In this document: piece after piece, positions 56,905-64,000 of the stretch
Layout: the number at the start of each line of letters is the position of its first letter
How positions within the stretch are numbered: position 1 is the first letter of the stretch
From: Chitinophaga pinensis
Lineage (GTDB): Bacteria > Bacteroidota > Bacteroidia > UKL13-3
NCBI GenBank assembly: GCA_943369665.1
Contig: CALRNX020000012.1
Coordinates: forward strand, 40,501-104,500
DNA: 64,000 nt
Reading direction: 5' to 3'
Program-made: the position numbers and the translations under genes
Notes under the pieces: model-generated
The model's database searches: none
What the model was told of the DNA's origin: nothing
What the model saw: the letters and a program-made list of their open reading frames with translations, nothing else

Positions 56905-57149
56905 GCTCTTCTTCGTATTTTAGGTTGATTCAATAATTAAGGCTCTCAGTAAAGGAGGTTTGGCTGGATGAGTATGTTACATTAAAATGCAATTAAAACT
57001 CATCCTGTTTTCTCTATTACTTTGGTTACTTGATCAACTCAAATAACCTAAGTGCTTAATTACTAAATAGGGTGCGATAATAGTTTTTTTATACTGCAAA
57101 GTATATTTTTTATGCACCCAACTAAGATTTCAAAGGTGAGCCGAAAAAA

Positions 57150-59000
57150 TTAATTTACCAACATTTTATGGCTAAAGCTTCCTTCATCGCTTTTAAAATC
57201 AATGAAATACATACCCGGGGCGATTCCGTTTTTAGATATTTTAAATTGATGATCACCACCCAATAATGTTCCGTTTTGGATTTCGGAGATCAATTTGCCA
57301 CTGATATCACGAACGGTAATTTGAACGGCAGCAGCAGATTTTAGATTAAACTTTAAAGTGCCGTCTGCGGTCATTGGATTCGGGAATAATTCAAACTGGA
57401 GATTGGTTTTTGCTTCTTCCTTGATGGCAGTTGCACCATCCGTGATGGTGAATTTGTCGATGTATACATTGTTGCCACGTCTGTTTACAAACTCAAATCT
57501 AAAGCGGGCATTGGTATATTTGGTTGAACTAATATTGATGGAAACCTTGCGCCATTCACTTTGGAGAACAGGTATAAATTCACTTGTGGTAGTTGTTCCT
57601 GTCGACAATAAATCGCCTCTTCCTGCAAAAATGCGGGTTTCGTTCATTCCAAAATCACCTGATAAAAATAAGATCAATGAATCATTACTTGCAGTGGAAC
57701 GTTGGGCGTATGCATAATAAAATTCAACAAAAGGAGAAGGTACAGGTGTTAAATCTATTTCGGGTGATTGGATTCCATCTCTGGCATTTAGCAACCCGGT
57801 ACTATTGGAAAAATTTTGCATATAAGCGCAGGTATTTCCCGAATATCCCATGGTACTATTCATTTTCCATCCATTGGTAGGATTGTTAAAATTGTTGATT
57901 TTCCAGCCGTCATTGGTGAATACATTTTCAGGGAAATCAGTTCCGTATGGTGCTTTAATTGCGGATGTTGGAACAGCCAGGTAGTTTCCGGTTAAAGGGT
58001 CAATACCTGCATATGTTACATTATTGGTTCCATTGCCAAAAATAGTATTGCGGTATAAAGGAAGCATGCTGTAAATTCTTGCTTTTTGCCCGGCAGTATA
58101 GGTGTTTAAACAGCTTCCGTCTGAGTAATCCATATAGTTGCGTACCATATCGTTCAGATCCGGAACATCATTGGTGCAACTGTTTTTGCCTACCGCACAT
58201 CCCGAACTTGATTCGGCAACAGGAGGGGTATCACACACTTGATCTCCTTGAGAAGCGCAATTGCTCGAAGTACCGCCTTCACACCCGTCCTGGAACGTAT
58301 GGTATAATCCCAGCCAATGCCCGATTTCGTGGGTAAGTGTTCTTCCTCCCTGTGTAATTTGCCCTGTTCCTATGATACCGATCTGGTCTGAGCGGATCAT
58401 AACGCCATCGGTAGTAGGTTTCGAACTTTGTGTCCATGGAAATTGTGCATAACCCAAAATTGTTCCCGAAACCTGTCCGGAGTTAATGGATTTAACAACC
58501 CAAATGTTTAAGTATTTTGCACTGTTCCAGTAGCTTAGTGCTTTTGCTGCATCGTCAGCATTGTCAGTTTTGGTACTTTGCACCCTAATAATACCATCGC
58601 TTTTGTTTCCATTAGGATCATATTGTGCCAGGCGGAATTCAATTTGCATATCGGAAGCAACGCCTTCAGTACTAAAACCGGCAGTCCCTTCTTTTCTTCT
58701 AAAGTCTTCATTCAGGATCCGGATCTGGTCCATGATCTGTGCTTGTGAAATATTTTCCAATCCATTGTTATGAATGATATGAAATACGACAGGAATGTAA
58801 ACGATACCATTTGCCTTTTTGCTAAGAGACTGAACACTGGTGCGGATCATTTCGTTCGCTTTTTGCTCTGCTACTTTTAACTCAGGATTTTGTTTGGCTT
58901 GATAAGCATATAGCTCATCGGTAGCACATGGAATTACGTGTTGACTAAAACCCGGGGTGCTAAGTGCAATGCATACGACTGCGAAGATTTTTTTGAACAT
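57150..59000 (-). CDS. Secreted M43 (pappalysin/ulilysin-like) zinc metalloprotease with a T9SS C-terminal sorting domain
   Basis: HEIGHWLGLYHTF zinc motif and a signal peptide. C-terminus LFPNPMTADGTL...HKMLVN. Confidence 0.85.
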   Translation of the reverse strand: MFKKIFAVVCIALSTPGFSQHVIPCATDELYAYQAKQNPELKVAEQKANEMIRTSVQSLSKKANGIVYIPVVFHIIHNNGLENISQAQIMDQIRILNEDFRRKEGTAGFSTEGVASDMQIEFRLAQYDPNGNKSDGIIRVQSTKTDNADDAAKALSYWNSAKYLNIWVVKSINSGQVSGTILGYAQFPWTQSSKPTTDGVMIRSDQIGIIGTGQITQGGRTLTHEIGHWLGLYHTFQDGCEGGTSSNCASQGDQVCDTPPVAESSSGCAVGKNSCTNDVPDLNDMVRNYMDYSDGSCLNTYTAGQKARIYSMLPLYRNTIFGNGTNNVTYAGIDPLTGNYLAVPTSAIKAPYGTDFPENVFTNDGWKINNFNNPTNGWKMNSTMGYSGNTCAYMQNFSNSTGLLNARDGIQSPEIDLTPVPSPFVEFYYAYAQRSTASNDSLILFLSGDFGMNETRIFAGRGDLLSTGTTTTSEFIPVLQSEWRKVSINISSTKYTNARFRFEFVNRRGNNVYIDKFTITDGATAIKEEAKTNLQFELFPNPMTADGTLKFNLKSAAAVQITVRDISGKLISEIQNGTLLGGDHQFKISKNGIAPGMYFIDFKSDEGSFSHKMLVN

Positions 59001-59237
59001 ACTTTGTTGACTATAAATTTATTGCTTGTTTTTCGGAACAAGCGAATCACAAATAAAAGAAATAATACTATGGGCTTAGATGACTTAACTCATGCAAAGG
59101 GTTGCGTGCCTTGTTGCTGTTGCATTCAGTATTGTTGGGTTATAGGTGAATGAAGAAATTGTTGCGGTGAAATTGGAGAGTAGAAGTTGGATGCTAGAAG
59201 GAAGAAGATGGAATGAATCCATTTGTAACAGTTTTCG

Positions 59238-60314
59238 TTAATGATAAACTTTTGCACGGAGCAAGAAATCAACCAATACCAGCGCAGCCATTGCTTCTAC
59301 TATTGGTACCGCGCGTGGCAACACACATGGGTCATGTCTGCCGGTTGCAGCCAGCGAAATGGTTTCACTTTGTGTATTAACAGTTGTTTGTTGTTTGGCA
59401 ATGGTACTCACCGGTTTAAAAGCACACCTGAAATAAATATCGGCACCATTGGAAATACCACCTTGTATCCCACCTGAATGATTGGTGGTTGTTTTTATTT
59501 GACCATTTGTTGACACAAAAGCATCATTTTGTTGGCTGCCTTTTTCGGCAATTCCCTCAAATCCGCTTCCCACATCAAATCCCTTACAGGCATTTATGCT
59601 CAGCATGGCTTTGGCCAGATCGGCATGAAGTTTATCAAAAACAGGTTCTCCCAAACCAACAGGTGTTCCTTTTATCACACACGTAATGGTTCCGCCAACG
59701 CTATCACCTTCTTGTTTTGTTTGTTCAATTAAAGCGATCATCTGTGTTGCGGTTGTTTCATCGGGACAACGTACGATACTTTTTTCTGTGAGCGATAGAT
59801 CAAGCTCGGTATAAGGTTTTTCAACCTTGATAGTGGCTACTTGCGAAACGTAGGCCTGAATGGAAATGCCATATTGTGTCAGGATCATTTTGGCAAATGC
59901 ACCTGCAATGACCCTCGAAATGGTTTCGCGTGCGGATGCACGGCCACTGCCTCTGTGATCACGAATCCCATATTTTTGCTGGTAAGTATAATCAGCGTGC
60001 GATGGGCGATACACTTCTTTCAATGCATCATAATCATTGGAGCGTTGGTCATTGTTACGCACCAAAACAGTAATGGGCGCTCCGGTGGTTTTACCTTCAA
60101 AAATTCCCGAAACAATTTCAATTGTTTCGTCTTCTTTGCGATCAGTGGTAATAGCCGACTGTCCCGGTTTTCTTCTGTTGAGCTCGTGTTGGATAAAATC
60201 AAGGTCAACAATCAAATTGGGCAAACAACCGTCAATCACCACGCCCAATGCCGCTCCATGACTTTCGCCAAATGAGGTTATTGTAAATAGTTTGCCAAAA
60301 GAATTGCCTGCCAT
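59238..60314 (-). CDS. aroC: Chorismate synthase
   Basis: Starts at [20 protein letters not shown] (ATG at 60314). The 21 extra codons of the ORF-track version are not conserved-looking. Confidence 0.93.
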   Translation of the reverse strand: MAGNSFGKLFTITSFGESHGAALGVVIDGCLPNLIVDLDFIQHELNRRKPGQSAITTDRKEDETIEIVSGIFEGKTTGAPITVLVRNNDQRSNDYDALKEVYRPSHADYTYQQKYGIRDHRGSGRASARETISRVIAGAFAKMILTQYGISIQAYVSQVATIKVEKPYTELDLSLTEKSIVRCPDETTATQMIALIEQTKQEGDSVGGTITCVIKGTPVGLGEPVFDKLHADLAKAMLSINACKGFDVGSGFEGIAEKGSQQNDAFVSTNGQIKTTTNHSGGIQGGISNGADIYFRCAFKPVSTIAKQQTTVNTQSETISLAATGRHDPCVLPRAVPIVEAMAALVLVDFLLRAKVYH

Positions 60315-60360
60315 AATTTGAATTCGAATAACGGGAATAAATATTGAAACACAAGTTCCA

Positions 60361-61770
60361 TTACTGTTGAATAACAAACCCGATTTGTCTCAGATCTTCC
60401 CAAAAATGAGGATATGATTTTTCAACAACTTCAGGATGTTCAATGATAAGATCATCAAATACCAAAGCCAGGGGAGCGAATGCCATTGCCATGCGGTGGT
60501 CGGAGTAGGTTTGAATATTTGTTGTCTGCTGGTTGCTGTTTACCGTTTGTTTAGGGTTAATTGCTAAGGTGTTTTCTGTTGCAGTTATATCAAATCCCAG
60601 TTTTGAAAGTTCTTTTTCAATTGCTGCTAGTCGGTTACTTTCTTTGATAACTAAATTTTGCAATCCGGTAAGAATGATATCAGCATTCTGGGCAGCGGCT
60701 GTTGAAGCTAAAGTAGGAGTGAGGTCGGGAAAATGAGTTAAGTTTAATGTTTGGGGTTTGATGTTTGATGTTTTTGGTTCGATAAATTCTTGGCTATCGG
60801 ATGTTAACTGTGGATTATGGTCTATGGACTGCGGACTCTTCTTAATCACAATTCCGTCATCAACCACAATTGTCTCCACTCCAAACTGTTTCATGTATTC
60901 AGCAATAACCCGATCGCCTTGTAAACTGTTGAGAGATAAATGCGGGAGGGTAATTTCGGCATCTTTGCTCAATGCAACTAATTCGTACCAATAACTTGCA
61001 GCGCTCCAGTCGGACTCAATGATGATATGTGGTTTGTGATCAAGGGTTTGAGCAGTTGGAGATTGGAAGTTTGTGGTTTGTGGTTTGTGGTTTGTGGTTT
61101 GAGGTTCGTAACGTAAGCGAGTATGGCTGTGCAGATGGTTATGGTGAGCCAACTGCCGACTTTTTCTAACGATAATCTTATAATCAACTATTACGATTTC
61201 AATCCCAAAGATTCGCATCATTTCTGCCGTCATTTCAATATACGGTTGTGATGTCACCTCGCCTGTCAATTCAATCGTTAAGTCTGTTTTGCAAAGGGGA
61301 GCGATCATCATCATGGCACTTACAAATTGACTGCTGGCCGATGCTGAAAGTTGAATGGATCCCCCGTTGAGTTCTTTTCCTTTAATGTTTATTGGTGGAA
61401 AACCAGCTTCTTTTAAATAGGTAATATCGGCTCCTAATTGTTTGAGTGAATCAACCAGTTCTGAAACAGGACGCTTTTCCATTCGTTCATCACACAAAAG
61501 TGTAACATCACAATTTGGTTTAGCGGCAAAATATGCTGTTAAGAACCTCATACAGGTCCCCGCATTTTTTACATTCATCGTGCCGTTCCCTTGTTGCAGT
61601 GCCTCCTGCATGATATGTGTATCGTCAGCAGTCGATAGATTTTGGATATTTAGATCACTATGAAGCACATGCTTTAAAACAAGTGCACGGTTGCTGATGC
61701 TTTTGGACGCAGGAAGTTCAATCGTTCCTTTTATAATTTTGGTGGGATGCGAAAGCTTGATAAAGCTCAT
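60361..61770 (-). CDS. aroA: 3-phosphoshikimate 1-carboxyvinyltransferase (EPSP synthase) carrying two in-frame low-complexity insertions
   Basis: [19 protein letters not shown] and [10 protein letters not shown] motifs. At 469 aa it is about 40-60 aa longer than usual. Confidence 0.9.
   Translation of the reverse strand: MSFIKLSHPTKIIKGTIELPASKSISNRALVLKHVLHSDLNIQNLSTADDTHIMQEALQQGNGTMNVKNAGTCMRFLTAYFAAKPNCDVTLLCDERMEKRPVSELVDSLKQLGADITYLKEAGFPPINIKGKELNGGSIQLSASASSQFVSAMMMIAPLCKTDLTIELTGEVTSQPYIEMTAEMMRIFGIEIVIVDYKIIVRKSRQLAHHNHLHSHTRLRYEPQTTNHKPQTTNFQSPTAQTLDHKPHIIIESDWSAASYWYELVALSKDAEITLPHLSLNSLQGDRVIAEYMKQFGVETIVVDDGIVIKKSPQSIDHNPQLTSDSQEFIEPKTSNIKPQTLNLTHFPDLTPTLASTAAAQNADIILTGLQNLVIKESNRLAAIEKELSKLGFDITATENTLAINPKQTVNSNQQTTNIQTYSDHRMAMAFAPLALVFDDLIIEHPEVVEKSYPHFWEDLRQIGFVIQQ
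60735..60842 (-). repeat. In-frame repeat insertion 2 inside aroA
   Basis: Encodes [35 protein letters not shown]. The + strand carries GTTTGGG GTTTGAT GTTTGAT GTTTTTG (60749-60776). It is homologous to insertion 1. Confidence 0.6.
61027..61163 (-). repeat. In-frame repeat insertion 1 inside aroA
   Basis: Encodes [45 protein letters not shown]. The + strand carries (GTTTGTG)x4 plus GTTTGAG at 61069-61103. Confidence 0.6.
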
Positions 61771-62828
61771 AAACTATCGTAATAGTTGAGTGCTGCAGCT
61801 ATTTGCGATTCACTGCAAACATGATTGATACTACCTTTCCCTATTTTTTTGAGTAGGGTAAAATTGATCGCATCATCGCTGTCATTTTTTTTATCCTGGC
61901 GCATGAGGTCAATTAGCTCCGGAGATAAAATACTGCGCAACGAATATTTCGGGAAATAACTTGTAATGAATCCCGCAATTGTATAAAGTTCCTTTTGGCT
62001 CAGATCGAGTTGCGATTTAGATAAATACGCTTCACAGATCATTCCAATTGCCACAGCTTCTCCATGTTTGAGCGGATGTTTGTCTTTTTTGAGCGAGTAT
62101 GCTTCAAGTGCATGACCAATGGTATGCCCGAAATTCAATATTTTTCTGAACGACTGTTCTGTTGGATCTTTTTTTACAACTTCCAATTTTATTTTAATGG
62201 ATCCATTGATAAGGGAAGTGATTTTTGAACGATCATCTAATCCCGTTTTGGTAATTTTTTCCCAATACGATTTGTCCAGAATCAGGCCATGTTTGATCAT
62301 TTCGGCATATCCATTAACCCATTCTTCGTTGGGAAGAGTGTTTAACATATCAGGGTTAATATAGATGGCACGGGGTTGACTGATGGTTCCAATTACATTT
62401 TTCACCCCATTAAAATCAATTGCCGTTTTTCCACCAATGCCCGAATCCACCATTGCAAGCAAGGTTGTTGGAATATTGATAAAATCAATTCCCCTTTTAA
62501 AGGTTGAAGCACAAAATCCGCCAATATCACCTACCACACCACCACCTAAGTTGATTAATACTGCATTGCGATCGGCATTGTGTTGTTGCAGTTCGTTCCA
62601 GATATATTGAGCCGTTTCAATTGTTTTATATTGTTCTCCGTTTTGAATCTTAATTATCTTAATATCGAACAAATATTTGGAGAGTGCAGGCAGGCAATGT
62701 TTTTGAGTTTGGCTATCCACCAATACAAAAACTTTTGAATAGGAATGCTCAATGAGGTTTTCGAGCAAAAGCTCAAATACATCATTACCGATAAATATGC
62801 TGAAATCTTTTAAGTAGTATTCCTTCAA
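61767..62828 (-). CDS. aroB: 3-dehydroquinate synthase
   Basis: GGGVVGDIGGF nucleotide-binding motif and HTIGHALE metal site. It overlaps aroA by 4 nt. Confidence 0.92.
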   Translation of the reverse strand: MKEYYLKDFSIFIGNDVFELLLENLIEHSYSKVFVLVDSQTQKHCLPALSKYLFDIKIIKIQNGEQYKTIETAQYIWNELQQHNADRNAVLINLGGGVVGDIGGFCASTFKRGIDFINIPTTLLAMVDSGIGGKTAIDFNGVKNVIGTISQPRAIYINPDMLNTLPNEEWVNGYAEMIKHGLILDKSYWEKITKTGLDDRSKITSLINGSIKIKLEVVKKDPTEQSFRKILNFGHTIGHALEAYSLKKDKHPLKHGEAVAIGMICEAYLSKSQLDLSQKELYTIAGFITSYFPKYSLRSILSPELIDLMRQDKKNDSDDAINFTLLKKIGKGSINHVCSESQIAAALNYYDSL

Positions 62829-62890
62829 AATTTTATTTTTGCGCCAGCAAATTTGGAGTTTTTAAGCGAATTTCAATAAATACATTTTAT

Positions 62891-64000
62891 ATGCCACAAG
62901 CAGAACAAGCACAACAAGCTACTAATCTGAGTTTTGACAACACAGAAATTGCCTTTCGTTCGAAGTCTAACCGCGATTTGCAGCGTTCGTATCTGCTTTT
63001 TAAGGCCATTGGCTACAACTGGCTGGTTAAAATGGGACCTCCATTGGTAGAGTTTGCTTTCCGTATCAAAGTTCCGATTAAAGGGTTAATCAAAAATACT
63101 GTTTTCAAACAGTTTTGTGGTGGGGAGAGCATGAATGAATGTGACGCCACAATGCAACATTTGTATGAGTTCGGTATCGGTTCCATCCTTGATTATAGTG
63201 TGGAAGGAAAAGAAGCAGAGTCCGAGTTTGAACACACTACTGAAGAAACAATTTTAACTGTGCTGAAAGCTGCCGATAACAAGCAAATTCCATTTTGCGT
63301 GTTTAAGGTTACCGGTTTGGCAAGATTTGACCTGTTGGCAAAAGTAAATGCAAAGGAGCCTCTGATCTCTGCCGAACAATTAGAGTTTGATAAAGTAAAA
63401 GAGCGGGTTGAGCGTATTTGTCGGAAAGCATACGATCTTAAAGTGCGCATTTTTATTGATGCGGAAGAATCGTGGATACAAGATACAATTGATGGATTGG
63501 CGAGGGAAATGATGTTGAAGTTCAACAAAGATGTTGCAACAGTTTACAATACGGTTCAGCTATATCGCCACGACCGGCTAGCATTTTTAAAACACAGCTA
63601 TGAGGATGCACTGAAACATAATTACCAGTTGGGAATAAAACTGGTACGTGGAGCGTATATGGAGAAAGAGGCTGCCCGCGCCATTGAAAAGGGGTATACC
63701 AATCCGATACAACCGGATAAACAAAGCAGCGATAATGATTACAATGAAGCATTAAGGTTTTGTGTAGAACGTATTGACCGGCTCAATATTTGTGCAGGAA
63801 CGCACAATGAAAACAGCAGCATGTTGCTGGTGCAGTTAATGCAGCAAAAAAATATCAGGCCAAACGACAACCGTATTTATTTTTCCCAACTCTTCGGAAT
63901 GAGCGATCACATTAGTTTTAACCTTTCGAGTGCCGGTTATAATGTTGCAAAGTATTTACCTTATGGTCCTGTTCATTCTGTAATGCCCTATTTGTTCAGG
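62891..64000 (+). CDS. Proline dehydrogenase (3'-truncated by the window end)
   Basis: Open frame from the ATG at 62891 to the window end (370 codons; absent from the ORF track because no stop is reached). Motifs DAEESW, VRGAYM and QLFGMSD are typical of the PutA-type PRODH barrel. Confidence 0.8.
   Translation, partial: MPQAEQAQQATNLSFDNTEIAFRSKSNRDLQRSYLLFKAIGYNWLVKMGPPLVEFAFRIKVPIKGLIKNTVFKQFCGGESMNECDATMQHLYEFGIGSILDYSVEGKEAESEFEHTTEETILTVLKAADNKQIPFCVFKVTGLARFDLLAKVNAKEPLISAEQLEFDKVKERVERICRKAYDLKVRIFIDAEESWIQDTIDGLAREMMLKFNKDVATVYNTVQLYRHDRLAFLKHSYEDALKHNYQLGIKLVRGAYMEKEAARAIEKGYTNPIQPDKQSSDNDYNEALRFCVERIDRLNICAGTHNENSSMLLVQLMQQKNIRPNDNRIYFSQLFGMSDHISFNLSSAGYNVAKYLPYGPVHSVMPYLFR

Noticed and set aside
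56975-57020. Hairpin GGATGAGT-N24-ACTCATCC between the M43 protease gene and topA as a possible terminator or small RNA.
   Set aside because: The loop is large and no T-run follows on the relevant (minus) strand. I cannot distinguish it from a chance stem.
60315-60377. A 21-codon 5' extension of aroC that overlaps the end of aroA.
   Set aside because: The conserved chorismate synthase N-terminus MAGNSFG starts at 60314. The extension would overlap the aroA stop region and has no homolog-like sequence.

Overview
This is a chromosomal segment from a Bacteroidota genome. The assignment rests on a porP/sprF-gldK-gldL-gldM-gldN gliding/T9SS core, three proteins with T9SS C-terminal sorting domains, and Bacteroidetes-type TTG / TAnnTTTG promoters. 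The window has two very different parts.

(1) Positions 1 to about 9,500 are an accessory block. It holds at least 11 short, co-oriented, tightly packed ORF units. Ten of the eleven are followed by a ~131-133 nt imperfect palindrome (one is 124 nt, one 180 nt) that starts ...TAAC and ends GTTA...; the last unit has none. The first 9-13 nt of most units are the reverse complement of the start of that unit's own downstream palindrome. That is the footprint of circular cassettes inserted at G|TT. I read this as an integron gene-cassette array with attC sites. No integrase is in the window; it is expected left of position 1, or the array is an integrase-less CALIN. The cargo is almost entirely exported, lipoprotein or membrane proteins of unknown function. 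It also includes one GNAT-like plus small-ORF pair, one HExxH peptidase and one frameshifted gene.

(2) Positions 9.5-64 kb are core genome: hemW, an Omp85-family protein, DUF4271-hemD, the T9SS core, clpPX, lutA-like, an Ldh-family oxidoreductase, maf, a TlpA-like protein, ppx, crcB, rsgA, dtd, tig, tRNA-Leu(UAG), rel/spoT, fur, purA, topA, aroC-aroA-aroB and a truncated proline dehydrogenase.

Notable points in the core:
- A second gldN copy lies 12 kb from the first, inverted, with a central stretch that is near-identical at nucleotide level.
- An 11.3 kb gene encodes a 3,768-aa modular beta-helix T9SS cargo protein directly downstream of a TPR-LytS/LytTR two-component system.
- aroA carries two mutually homologous in-frame insertions built on GTTTGNN heptamer runs.

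All functional calls come from reading the translated ORFs and motifs by eye. No database search was run.
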